A stretch of DNA of 62,175 bases, the filler included, from an uncultured Methanosarcinales archaeon (GTDB lineage Archaea > Nanobdellota > Nanobdellia > Woesearchaeales > CAIVOO01): assembly GCA_964485195.1 (NCBI GenBank). It is 7 parts of 7 records of this genome, joined end to end, with 100 filler letters (N's around TTAATTAATTAA, not from the genome) between each part and the next. Parts side by side here need not be neighbours in the genome. Positions count along the whole stretch, not along the records: positions 46,869 to 52,176 come from CAZAIK010000018.1; positions 52,277 to 57,183 come from CAZAIK010000019.1; positions 57,284 to 62,175 come from CAZAIK010000020.1; 4 more parts are not named here. One strand, written 5' to 3'. Of this stretch, positions 48,443 to 58,461 are shown in pieces (the stretch's first letter is position 1; each line of letters opens with the position of its first letter). Position numbers and translations under genes: made by a program. The notes beneath the pieces are model-generated. The model had not been told where the DNA came from. It saw only the letters and a program-made list of their open reading frames with translations, and did no database searches.

Positions 48443-49483
48443 TTACTCTTTTTCTTCCTGAACTTCTCTGCGTACAAAAGCCAGCAGATCATCCTCTAAA
48501 ACTCTCTCGGAAGGCAGTATCATCCAGCGACGCTTGCCATAATTCAGATTAATACCCATAAAAAGAAATTTTGGTGTGATCCGGGTAGCGGATCCTTCTC
48601 GTTCCGGGACGATACTGATAACTGCCTTGTAGGTACCATACCAGATACCCATAAGTGAACCTGAAGAAAAAGTTGGAACATCAGCATATCTGTCTATTGT
48701 TTTGGGGCCTTCCCATCCCACTTCTGTAAAATTTCTGGAGGTGACTATTCTCTCATCACCTTCCTCTTCAACAGTCATCTCCTGTATTTCCAACCATTTT
48801 TTCACAGCTGCTTTTACCTCCTCTCTACCAGCCGGCAGCACACTGCTCTGTACATCAAACATAGCCTGACAGAGTTCACCTAATTCTTCTTCTATCCTGC
48901 CTTCGGAACGGTAGGCCTTTCCCTTGAACTCAGTATCGTAAAATATTGTCTTTATTTCCAAGATAGAGCGTAATCGACCCACAGGACGCACCTTGATCTC
49001 ACCCTCAAAGTAGGCGTTATTGATCTGATGATATTCTCCTTTTGCTGACTTGACAAATCCCGTCAATCCTTCCGATCCTGTTCTCATATAATTTCCTATA
49101 TTCTCTCTTCTGCCGCTTTCCAGGGAAGCCGGATCAAAATCCCAGTATTTGGCATGTTCCGGTTTTCGTTCATATTCAAAATATTCTCCAAATGCTTTAT
49201 CAGGTCCAGCTATCCAGGCCTTTTTTATTCTCAGGGTGCTTTCTCTGACGCCTGCTTGTACTTCATAAGGTATTGAAAGCAATATCAGAACATCCTCTGC
49301 TGCTTTCAGAACCTGTTCAGCCGGATCATTCATACTGACCAGCACTGGTTCTACTTTGTCTTTAGCCCGTTCAAAGGTAGGATTGAACACACTGATAGTA
49401 GCCGGAGGTCTCGATGCGCAGCTCAGGATTAGTATCAACATACCCGGCAATAAAAAAATCATTTTAAATCTTCTTCCTCTCAT
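48443..49483 (-). CDS. Hypothetical lipoprotein
   Basis: AAGGAG RBS, LILSC lipobox-like; two loosely similar halves. Confidence 0.7.
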   Translation of the reverse strand: MRGRRFKMIFLLPGMLILILSCASRPPATISVFNPTFERAKDKVEPVLVSMNDPAEQVLKAAEDVLILLSIPYEVQAGVRESTLRIKKAWIAGPDKAFGEYFEYERKPEHAKYWDFDPASLESGRRENIGNYMRTGSEGLTGFVKSAKGEYHQINNAYFEGEIKVRPVGRLRSILEIKTIFYDTEFKGKAYRSEGRIEEELGELCQAMFDVQSSVLPAGREEVKAAVKKWLEIQEMTVEEEGDERIVTSRNFTEVGWEGPKTIDRYADVPTFSSGSLMGIWYGTYKAVISIVPEREGSATRITPKFLFMGINLNYGKRRWMILPSERVLEDDLLAFVRREVQEEKE

Positions 49484-49602
49484 ACATATCTCCTTTCAGG
49501 GAATATGGAAAAAGGGGAATGAAACATTTCATCTTAAATTTGTTCTCTTGTATCTTGTTTCTTACTTTTTCCTTTTTCCTTTTTCCTTTATTTTTCTTTT
49601 TT

Positions 49603-51858
49603 TTACATACTTGTCTCACCCAGTACAATTGCATACATAATACCACCAATTACCTTGAAAAACACCCGGTCTCCATAGTACTGATCCGGAGAAGTGTACA
49701 TGGTACCTTTGTTAAAAGGCTTATCCTGGTTTTTAAGATTTAGCGTTTTCAATAATTTATTTTCTATCCCCTCTCTTTTATAAAACTCTTTACCGGCTTC
49801 CAGCAGAGGCATAATTATTCCCACACCGGGCACTGTCAGACTCATAATACCTTTGCCGGTTTCTTCCAGAACTTCAGCCTCTGATTCGGCCTCGACTATT
49901 CCTTTCGTTGAAAAGGCAAAAGAGAGCACATCTCCCAGTGCCTGAGATTGAGCACTGAGCACATCTGCTGCCAGTTGTTTTTCCCCTTCCTTTTCCACTC
50001 TGTCGGTCAGATCCATCTCCTCAAGAGCTGTGTTACGTTCATGCCAGTCTTCTATGTCCCGCAGCCAGCCCCGACCTGTAGGTTGTACTCTGACTATGGT
50101 ACCGCGAAACTGACCGATCCTGCCGCCAGGAAGAATGAATACAGCCGGCTGATTTGTTTCTCTTGATAATTCTGTAACCCGTATATTGAGAAGATCACTA
50201 AGATCACGGGAAGCATCCTCTGTTGCAGCAATCTCAAAACTTACCGTTTTACTGGCCTCATCCCAATATTCTTCCTGATCTGCAAGGTGAAAATCACTGC
50301 TGAAGTGTACGGGGAGAATAACCTGTAAATCTTCCTCTTCCTTTAGCTGCGGAGCAGTAAACCGGACATAAAACTGCACACCGGGACTGTAGAGTTCACC
50401 TGAAAACCGGGGATTGTTATCCCGGTTAAAAGAATCCATATTATCAGCCAGATCAAGAGGAGGACGGGAATCCAGTATATCCAGCCAGCTAGAATATTGT
50501 ATATCCTTGGGACGGGGATCCCACTTCGGTTCACTGTATGCTGCCAGACAGCTTCCGCTCTGTTCCGGGACAATACTGAAACGTATAAAATAATTTTTTC
50601 CAGCCACAACTTTTTCCTGTTCAAGAGGCTGACCCTGTCCATTCACAAGCTCTGCATTCAACTGAGGCGGTTTTAGAGCAGCCTGTTCTGCTTCTGACAA
50701 ACTGGCATCCTGTCGGGGATTCAGAGCATTAGTCCAGGTTTCTTCTTTTGTTTCCTTGTTTTTATAAGCCTTGCTCCAGACGATGTTGTATTCAGCAGTC
50801 ACCACCAGATCTGTACTGCTCATACTATCAACCAGTTTATATAGTTTCTTATGGGGAATATGCAGAGAAGCAGATCCTTCAGCTCCTGCTCTGATAAAAT
50901 CCACCTTACTCTTTTCCAACCGTTTTCTGCCTTTTCTGGTCTGAGCATACAGGGAAACAGTAACATTTCTGATCTCGTGAGTAGAGCCATTGAGAATACC
51001 AATACCAACATAATGATCTCTCTCCTGAAATATGGGGATCCTGCGTTCAGGAAAAGAAAAATGAACACTGCCCGCCACACTGTTCCCTTCCAATTCTGCG
51101 ATCTTCTTTCCCTCGGCTCGAATCTCACTAACTGCAGCAACCGCCTTGTCCCTCGCTTTCGAGGTCCGAGCTTCTATTTCGGCCCACTCCTCTTTAGCTT
51201 TGCGGATAGCTTCCTGTCTTTTCCTCTCCAGTCTGGCTAAATTCTCCCGTTTTTTTCTTTCTCTGTAGGAGAGCTGTTCTTCTGGTTCTTGTGAACTGGT
51301 TCTTTGGTCATATCTCCGGCTTTCGGGTACATCTTCCCTCTCTCCGGAACTATCTCCTCCCGGATCCGGGATTTTAGAGAGAATCGATTGAAATACCTTA
51401 TCTGCTAATTGCCTGAGTCTATCCGGTGAATAATAATCACTTTCAGAAGAAACATCAATCTGGTAATGACCTTTCTCTGTTTTGTAATGATTTTCAAATA
51501 ATTGCCCAATAGGCCATCCATTAACTGTATGATGTTTTCCCCAATTCTCTTCACTTTCACTCCTGGTTGTGTTAAATTCCCTTTCATAATGAACCTTTAC
51601 AGTAAAATTTTTCTGATGATCATCACGATTCTGCTCCGGCCTGTATATCCAGGAAACCTGCCAATCACCCGGAGATATCTCATCATGATCAATATTAACT
51701 ACAATCAGATTATCAATACGTTCTATATGAAACTTTCTTTGTATTTCATCAGCGCTTGGATGTTGAGCAGAAATTTTGGTAATGAACCCTGTAGTTATCA
51801 AAATCAGTAGAGTACTTATTAAATAGGACAATTTTTTAAAAATATGAATGGGAAACAT
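49603..51858 (-). CDS. Large secreted hypothetical protein
   Basis: GGAGG RBS before ATG 51858, signal peptide, central coiled coil. Confidence 0.7.
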   Translation of the reverse strand: MFPIHIFKKLSYLISTLLILITTGFITKISAQHPSADEIQRKFHIERIDNLIVVNIDHDEISPGDWQVSWIYRPEQNRDDHQKNFTVKVHYEREFNTTRSESEENWGKHHTVNGWPIGQLFENHYKTEKGHYQIDVSSESDYYSPDRLRQLADKVFQSILSKIPDPGGDSSGEREDVPESRRYDQRTSSQEPEEQLSYRERKKRENLARLERKRQEAIRKAKEEWAEIEARTSKARDKAVAAVSEIRAEGKKIAELEGNSVAGSVHFSFPERRIPIFQERDHYVGIGILNGSTHEIRNVTVSLYAQTRKGRKRLEKSKVDFIRAGAEGSASLHIPHKKLYKLVDSMSSTDLVVTAEYNIVWSKAYKNKETKEETWTNALNPRQDASLSEAEQAALKPPQLNAELVNGQGQPLEQEKVVAGKNYFIRFSIVPEQSGSCLAAYSEPKWDPRPKDIQYSSWLDILDSRPPLDLADNMDSFNRDNNPRFSGELYSPGVQFYVRFTAPQLKEEEDLQVILPVHFSSDFHLADQEEYWDEASKTVSFEIAATEDASRDLSDLLNIRVTELSRETNQPAVFILPGGRIGQFRGTIVRVQPTGRGWLRDIEDWHERNTALEEMDLTDRVEKEGEKQLAADVLSAQSQALGDVLSFAFSTKGIVEAESEAEVLEETGKGIMSLTVPGVGIIMPLLEAGKEFYKREGIENKLLKTLNLKNQDKPFNKGTMYTSPDQYYGDRVFFKVIGGIMYAIVLGETSM

Positions 51859-52105
51859 AACACATTTCCTCCTTTCCGACCTGCCGGATAGAAAAAAATT
51901 ATATACCAAGTATAGTAAGGATGTGAATGGCAGATCAAAATTTTTAGTTTGTAAAAAAAATTGTAATATTAAGAACTAAGAAAAAATTGAAACAAGTGCA
52001 AGAATTTTTTGGATTTATTTTGTAAAACGGTTAACAGCTGTCATTGATCACAGTTATTTCTTTCCGAAGAATCAAATAATCTTTGACATGACAAATCCGT
52101 ATAAT

Positions 52106-52134
52106 CCTGACAGGTCTTAGGAGACCTGTCGAGG
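52106..52134. repeat. REP-like hairpin
   Basis: GACAGGTCT-TAGG-AGACCTGTC. Confidence 0.5.
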
Positions 52135-52176
52135 CTGTCGAAAAACTCGCTATTGTTGCTATAAATTTGTATATTA

Positions 52177-52276
52177 NNNNNNNNNNNNNNNNNNNNNNNN
52201 NNNNNNNNNNNNNNNNNNNNTTAATTAATTAANNNNNNNNNNNNNNNNNNNNNNNNNNNNNNNNNNNNNNNNNNNN
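52177..52276. other. Artificial contig linker
   Basis: N-TTAATTAATTAA-N. Confidence 0.98.
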
Positions 52277-52488
52277 ATTTCAGGATTTCGGAACGAATCA
52301 ATGATATAGATGAATTGATGGTCAATAAAATAGTCCAAGAGATCAAGGGAGAGATGAGTGACAAATTTAAAAGGGAATCCGAGCTTCTGGCCTATATCTT
52401 TGGCCAGAAAAGGCCCCACTCCGTCATCTTTAAGCAAATTATTTCCAATCCCGACTAAAACCACATCCTCCTTATTGACGTTATTCAT
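52277..52488 (-). CDS. Hydrogenase maturation protease, N-terminal part (truncated)
   Basis: LVGIGNNLLKDDGVG...IIDS. Confidence 0.8.
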
Positions 52489-52493
52489 ATTGC

Positions 52494-52772
52494 CTATTTT
52501 TTTAATATTTCAAGAATTTTGGCTACCCTCTTATCAATTACCTTATAACACACCTGGACTCCCATCTTATTCCCATCAATAATCCCATGACTTTTCAATG
52601 TCTGAAGATGCTGTGATATAGTGGGTTGGGGAATATCCAATTCCTTTTGCAGGGAACTAACACTGCAGGATTCTTCAGGGATACCCAACAACAGGAGTTC
52701 TATAATCTGAAGCCTTACAGGATGAGCCAGAGCTTTAAGAATATCGCTTTCCTCCCTATATTTATCTTTCAT
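52494..52772 (-). CDS. ArsR/SmtB family regulator
   Basis: LKALAHPVRLQII, QPTISQHL, G.QV.Y. Confidence 0.9.
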   Translation of the reverse strand: MKDKYREESDILKALAHPVRLQIIELLLLGIPEESCSVSSLQKELDIPQPTISQHLQTLKSHGIIDGNKMGVQVCYKVIDKRVAKILEILKK

Positions 52773-53087
52773 TTACAGCATCCCCTCTCTATATAGATTT
52801 CAGTTGAATGACCCCTCAATTAATTAAGCTCCTGTTTAGACTCTTTTTTGGAAAGAGTCACATCATTGCTCTTTATATACATATCCGTCCTATTGCTTTA
52901 TTTATATATATAAATAATACAATGTCAAGTAAAATTTATTTTTTTGGGTTGATTTTATACACCTGCCTTACTCATAAAAAAAAGCAGATGTTTTCAATGA
53001 AGACCACCCATTTTAAATCGCTGTTTGACAAATCAGAAAATCCAAATAGACTAAAGGAGAGAATCCTGGAAAATGGAGGTCAGTCGG

Positions 53088-54734
53088 ATGGAAAAGAAAA
53101 ATTATCGGATGATTTTATTTTTAGGAATCGGTCTAATGGCATTTTTTTGCTGCTCATCCAACACTAGCGAAACATCGGCATCGGGAAATGGTTCCTATGA
53201 TGACCTGGTTCAGCTTTTTGAAGAATGGCGGGAATTCCAAAAGCCGGCAGTGAAGGACGGTGTGCCTGACTACACGGCTGAAGCTATGGCTAAACAGCAT
53301 CTTGAATTAAAGGAATATCAGAACCGTCTCAAAGCTATAGATCCCAGCTCCTGGCCTGTATCCCAACAGGTGGATTATCACATTGTCTGTGCTGAAATGA
53401 ACGGACTTGACTTTGACCATCGGGTTCTTCGGCCCTGGTCCCGGAATCCCTGCTTTTATGCAGCTTACTATATTTCGCCTTCTGATGTGCCGGCTCTTGA
53501 GGGACCCTGGCGTTATGGAACACTCTGTCTATGGAAGTATTCTTTTCCTCTTGAAGGAGAACAGTATGATGATTTCCAGATGCGGCTCCGAGCAGTCCCC
53601 AAAGTCCTGGAGCAGGCTAAAGAGAATTTGACTGAAGAGGCCAAAGACCTTTGGTTTCTGGGAATAAGAAGAAAAAAACAAGAAAGTCGGTATCTAGAAA
53701 ATCTTGCTGAGCGGCTGGGTAAAGACCATCCTGACCTTGTTCCTGATATCCAAAAGGCTCAACAAGCTGTGGATGAATTCCGTCAATGGCTGGATGAAAA
53801 GCACAAGGACATGACCGCCCCATCTGGAATAGGAGTTGAAAATTACAATTGGTACATGAAATATGTGCATCTCTGCCCTTATACCTGGGAAGAGCAGGTC
53901 AATCTGTTGAAGCGGGAGCTCAAACGTTCCATCACCTCCCTGAAGCTGGAAGAAAACCGGAACTGTGATCTTCCCCCGCTCAATCTCCCGGAAAATAGAG
54001 AAGAATACCAGAATCGTCATGATGAGGCGGTGACTCATTTTATGGAGTTTATGCGTGAGAATATGATGACTCTTCCTGAATACATGAACGGCACACTCAG
54101 ACGCACAGTCAGCTTTATTCCTCCAGATGGGCTCAGGGATTTTTTCACTCAGGTGGATTACCATGACCCTCTTCCTCTAAGATGTCACGGAACCCACTGG
54201 TTTGATCTGGCTCGGATGGAACATGAGCCCCATCCCAGCCCCATACGCCGAGTTCCCCTTCTTTACAATATCTGGGATTCTCGTGCTGAAGGCTTAGCCA
54301 CTGGCATGGAGGAGATCGCCATGCATGCAGGATTGATGGATCAAAAGCCCAGAGTCCGTGAATTAACCTGGATCATGCTGGCATGCCGCTGCGCCAGGGG
54401 TCTTGGCGGACTGAAGATGCACAGCCATGAATTCACTCTAGAGGAAGCGGTTGATTACGGGGTTAAATGGACACCCCGAGGCTGGATGCCCAAGGAGGGA
54501 AACACTATCTGGACTGATGAAGCTCTCTATCTTCAGCAGCCCGGATACGGCACAAGTTATGTGGTGGGCAAAGCCCATCTGGACCGATTGATCGCTGACC
54601 GAGCCGAACAGCTGGGGGATAAATTCAATCTCAAGCAGTTTTTCGATGAATTCCACACTTACGGCATGATCCCTCTTTCTCTAATCCGTTGGGAGATGAC
54701 CGGCCGCGAGGATGAGATCAAAGATCTGTGGTAG
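53088..54734 (+). CDS. DUF885 family (lipo)protein
   Basis: GGAGGT RBS; AEGLATGMEE, QPGYGTSYVVGK, F.LKQFFD. Confidence 0.8.
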   Translation: MEKKNYRMILFLGIGLMAFFCCSSNTSETSASGNGSYDDLVQLFEEWREFQKPAVKDGVPDYTAEAMAKQHLELKEYQNRLKAIDPSSWPVSQQVDYHIVCAEMNGLDFDHRVLRPWSRNPCFYAAYYISPSDVPALEGPWRYGTLCLWKYSFPLEGEQYDDFQMRLRAVPKVLEQAKENLTEEAKDLWFLGIRRKKQESRYLENLAERLGKDHPDLVPDIQKAQQAVDEFRQWLDEKHKDMTAPSGIGVENYNWYMKYVHLCPYTWEEQVNLLKRELKRSITSLKLEENRNCDLPPLNLPENREEYQNRHDEAVTHFMEFMRENMMTLPEYMNGTLRRTVSFIPPDGLRDFFTQVDYHDPLPLRCHGTHWFDLARMEHEPHPSPIRRVPLLYNIWDSRAEGLATGMEEIAMHAGLMDQKPRVRELTWIMLACRCARGLGGLKMHSHEFTLEEAVDYGVKWTPRGWMPKEGNTIWTDEALYLQQPGYGTSYVVGKAHLDRLIADRAEQLGDKFNLKQFFDEFHTYGMIPLSLIRWEMTGREDEIKDLW

Positions 54735-54737
54735 CGG

Positions 54738-55523
54738 CTGTTACAGGAGAAAAAAATCCCATACTCACACTACTTTGAATTCCAGGCTTCCTGGGGTTTG
54801 ACCAAACACATGGGGGGTCTGGAAGCCACTCGAGAGCTGATTAAAGCCTGCGGTATTGACAGCCATTCCTATGTTCTGGATGTTGGCAGCGGAGTCGGAA
54901 TCACAGCCTGCATTCTGGCTGAGGAATACGGCTGTAAAGTGATGGGAGTCGATCTCTCCGAGAAGATGGTGGAGAGGGCGCGTGAAAGAGCTCAAAGAAA
55001 AAATGTTGAAGATAAGGTTGAATTTAAGATCGGGGATGCCCAGAATCTTCCTTTTGAGAACAGTCTTTTTGATGCTGTTATTTGCGAATCTGTGGTGGCT
55101 TTTCCAAAAAATAAATTAAAAGTGGTTCAGGAGTATGTCCGGGTGACCAAACCAGGAGGGCGAGTTGGAATGAATGAAGTGACCTGGGTAGAGACTCCTC
55201 CTCCGGAACTTGAGGAATACCTGTACCGAGCTCTGGGTCAAGCGAAATTCTTAGATGATGACGGTTGGAAGCATTTGTTGAAAGAGGCCGGACTTAAGGA
55301 TATAGATGCCAAGATTCATAAAACCAATGCTCTGCGCCAATGGGCCAGTGAAGTCAGACAGATGAATCCCAGAGACTATCTGGGGGCTTGGGGCAAATTA
55401 TTTTCACTTTTTTTTAAAAGTCCTGAAGTGAGGAAATGGATAAAAGAAATAATGATCCCCCCAAAAAGTGCTTTTCATCTATTCAAATATTTTGGTTATG
55501 GATTATACACAGGAAAGAAATAA
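54738..55523 (+). CDS. Class I SAM-dependent methyltransferase (start uncertain: CTG 54738 or TTG 54798)
   Basis: KHMGGLEAT, VLDVGSGVG, GVDLS, DAQNLPF...FDAVICES, RVTKPGG. Confidence 0.88.
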   Translation: MLQEKKIPYSHYFEFQASWGLTKHMGGLEATRELIKACGIDSHSYVLDVGSGVGITACILAEEYGCKVMGVDLSEKMVERARERAQRKNVEDKVEFKIGDAQNLPFENSLFDAVICESVVAFPKNKLKVVQEYVRVTKPGGRVGMNEVTWVETPPPELEEYLYRALGQAKFLDDDGWKHLLKEAGLKDIDAKIHKTNALRQWASEVRQMNPRDYLGAWGKLFSLFFKSPEVRKWIKEIMIPPKSAFHLFKYFGYGLYTGKK

Positions 55524-55536
55524 ACCCTTATCCAAT

Positions 55537-56124
55537 TTAGAAATAAAAAACAAGACCAATTCCTGAGTTGACAATTCCCCATCTGTTGGTTTTGGTATCG
55601 GTTTCAATGCTATTGTCTTCACTGAACAATCCATGAGTGTAACCTAATCCCACCTCGCCGTACAAACCAAGATTGTCCATGATTTGGTACTGTAACCCCA
55701 ACATAGCGCTGGTTTGATAAGTCTCTCCATTCTCATCTACAGAGCCATCCTGCCAGGAAAAGGAGATATCTCTGTTCACTCTAGAGTAGTCAAAATTAAT
55801 CCCAGAATAAACTGAAAACTCACGATCCGAATAAAAATAAAAAAGGATTCCAAGACCAAACGCAACACTGGTTGTGTCTGTCTCACGCTCACCTGATATA
55901 TAAGGCATATCAACAAGGGGTCTGTATTCTGTCTCTGATTCTTCATTGGCGATGGAGAAACCAATGGAAGGTCTGAGTGCGAATTTTTCAGAAAGATGGT
56001 AAGTCATTCCAACCCTGGGGGAGCGAGAAACCCTCATGTTCAGTCCTACACTTCCTTTTTCCCAAGAAAAGGAAAGAGAAGCCAAAAAAATCAACATCAA
56101 TATTACTATTAAACCTTTTTTCAT
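55537..56124 (-). CDS. Outer-membrane beta-barrel protein
   Basis: Signal peptide, amphipathic beta-strands, C-terminal GLVFYF. Confidence 0.8.
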   Translation of the reverse strand: MKKGLIVILMLIFLASLSFSWEKGSVGLNMRVSRSPRVGMTYHLSEKFALRPSIGFSIANEESETEYRPLVDMPYISGERETDTTSVAFGLGILFYFYSDREFSVYSGINFDYSRVNRDISFSWQDGSVDENGETYQTSAMLGLQYQIMDNLGLYGEVGLGYTHGLFSEDNSIETDTKTNRWGIVNSGIGLVFYF

Positions 56125-56276
56125 CTATACCTCCTATTATAAAACTTAAAATTTTCTTTTCTCTTCATCTTAGATTACTTCTCGTTTCTTCTGAATATAT
56201 GCAATATGAGCTGCGGTAATGACTGCATACAAAATCCTATAGAAGTGTACATTATTCTGTCATTATATTGGACAAT

Positions 56277-56519
56277 TCAAACGGACAATTTAATCCATAG
56301 ATTTTTTTCATTGAGAAATGCGATCTCTTCATGTTCGTCGGGATCGATCTCCAGCTTCTTTTCCAATTCAAGAAGCACTGTGCCCTTTAAGGGCATCTCT
56401 GGATTCATAACATGAGGCACCCCGTCAATGGTTTCAAATCGGATAGATTCCTCTTTCTCTTTACATCCAGAAAAAATCAACAAAATCATGAGAAACACAT
56501 AAATAAGTTTTTTATTCAT
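56277..56519 (-). pseudogene. Truncated lipoprotein, N-terminus of a 6-bladed beta-propeller-type family
   Basis: FSGC lipobox and ETIDGVPHVMNP...LELEKKLEI, then early stop. Confidence 0.5.
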
Positions 56520-56625
56520 TCTTTCCCCTCTATATTCTTATGACATGACTTTGGTTCCCAAGGAAATAATATTACAAAAACAATCATGCTTTGACAAGAA
56601 AAGAGCTGCTTTTTAGAGCATGGGG

Positions 56626-57183
56626 TTATCGACAGCGCCTCCAGTCAGAATCACTGTAGGATTCTTCTAGCTCCTCCCACAATTCCTTGAGATTGACGGT
56701 CATGACAATTAAATCCTGCTTTTTTCCTTCCTGATCCTTAACAAAATCAGGGATAAGAAGTTCCTCGCGAAATCCGAGCTTTCTGAAGATCCGCTGAGCC
56801 CCTTTCTGAGGCCTCATCATCCTGACAACCACCAGCTCCACTTTCTTCTTGACTGCCAGAAAATAGAGCTCTCTCACCATGATGGTCCCAAGGCCTTTTT
56901 TTTGATAAGGTCTGGCTACAATGACTCTTAATTCCCCCTGATGCTTCTGCCAATCTTCTCCGGATAATTCAAGGGCTCCGTCAGCAATGATTTCTCCTTT
57001 ATAAAGGGCAACCAGACGAAAAATCCGGCCCGTTTTTATGAGTTTGATCCTCTTTTTGACAATCTCTTTGTTGGTCACATCTATCCTTAAATATTTTCTG
57101 TCCGCAGGCGGAAGACCTGCGTAAAACTTCATCAATGCATCCAGATCATTTTCATGAAGCTCCCTGATCACAACCTTTTTCCC
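56626..57183 (-). CDS. GNAT family acetyltransferase, 5' end at contig edge
   Basis: IREL...D, V.RPYQKKGLG, F.KLGF..E. Confidence 0.88.
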   Translation of the reverse strand, partial: GKKVVIRELHENDLDALMKFYAGLPPADRKYLRIDVTNKEIVKKRIKLIKTGRIFRLVALYKGEIIADGALELSGEDWQKHQGELRVIVARPYQKKGLGTIMVRELYFLAVKKKVELVVVRMMRPQKGAQRIFRKLGFREELLIPDFVKDQEGKKQDLIVMTVNLKELWEELEESYSDSDWRRCR

Positions 57184-57283
57184 NNNNNNNNNNNNNNNNN
57201 NNNNNNNNNNNNNNNNNNNNNNNNNNNTTAATTAATTAANNNNNNNNNNNNNNNNNNNNNNNNNNNNNNNNNNNNNNNNNNNN
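57184..57283. other. Artificial contig linker
   Basis: N-TTAATTAATTAA-N. Confidence 0.98.
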
Positions 57284-57500
57284 TACCTTTAGCATTCCCA
57301 AGAACTAAAATATTTGAAGGAAAAACATAATCACCACCGCCAGCATCAGCGCCGAAAGTCCCAGCCCCTACGCTCTCAGCAGAATGACCAGGATTAGGGA
57401 CTGAGGACTGGGCAAAAGAAAAAGTAATAATAAAGAGAACACAAACAAGTGCTATGACAAAATAAAGATGCCTCTTCTCAACACGGATATGAATGTCCAT
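57284..57500 (-). CDS. N-terminus of a secreted/surface protein, truncated
   Basis: MDIHIRVEKRHLYF-TM-PNPGHSAESV. Confidence 0.6.
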
Positions 57501-57606
57501 ATAAAAGGATAAATTTTTTAAGGAGTTATAAACTTTTTGTCTGTATGATGGGAATAACAGAACCATTTAAGAGTAAATAAAAGAAGGACAAAAAACTTCA
57601 ATATAA

Positions 57607-58352
57607 CTCCGGCCAAAATTTTTAAGAATCCCCCAAAAAAAAGATTTTAAGACGAGCATAGTTAAAGTAAAAGAAATTAAATTAACCTATGAAACAGCAT
57701 ATCTTGCCGGAGTAATAATAGGAGATGGGTATATCTCAAACTCCACTAAATCCAAAACAGACCACTCTGAAGATTATAGGATCGCAATAGAATTATCAGA
57801 CAAGAACCACCTTTTATTTATTTATATCCTGATTCAACAGGTTATTAAAACTAAAAGCAAGCCAAAGGATGTTATTAAAGAAAAGATTAAAAAGAAAGGA
57901 TGCGTTTAGAATTCAAGAACAAAAGTTTTCATTATTCTTTAACAGAGTTCCTTAAAATAAAAAAAGGAGCTAAAAGTGAGATTGTATCTATCCCTTCAAA
58001 AATCAAGGAATCTCCAAATCAGGTTAAAAGGTATTTTTTAGCAGGACTATTTGATAGCGATGGAGGGTTCAGAGGGGAAACACTTGGTTTCACTACAGCA
58101 AGCAAGAGTCTGAATAAAGATACTAGCAGTTTACTCAAAGAATTTTCGATTAAACACAATTTAGACACATGGCTAAATAAGAAACATAACAAAAGGTTTT
58201 ATGGTATTAAACTCAAAAAGTCGGAAATAGGTAAATTTTTAAATACCTTCCCTTTACAAAACAAGGAAAAATTGGTTAGAATATGTCAAAGGTTTAATGC
58301 GGGGATGCCGGAGTGGCCAAACGGGCCAGATTATTCTAATCAATTAGAATGA
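57607..58352 (+). pseudogene. Double-motif LAGLIDADG homing endonuclease, split by a -1 frame change at about 57891-57909 and lacking a canonical start
   Basis: Motif 1 AYLAGVIIGDG (57697-57729, missed by ORF track); motif 2 YFLAGLFDSDG in ORF 57900-58352. Confidence 0.85.
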
Positions 58353-58461
58353 GGCTAGGCTTAGGTGGACCATAGCAAGGTGTACTGAGCTCTTTTTGGG
58401 CTATGATCTTAAGACACCTGGTGGCTTAGTGCCTACGCAGGTTCAAATCCTGCTCCCCGCA
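58299..58461 (+). tRNA. tRNA-Leu(UAG) with two introns (58330-58358 at 30/31; 58366-58415 at 37/38)
   Basis: GCGGGGA/TCCCCGC acceptor, spliced CCAGG-CTTAGGA-CCTGG arm, long variable arm; BHB helices GGCC/GGCT and CTTA/TAAG with 3-nt bulges. Confidence 0.9.

Noticed and set aside
57228..57566. ORFs ending in X runs (also 52225-52488)
   Set aside because: Their stops come from the artificial linker; the genes are truncated by contig ends
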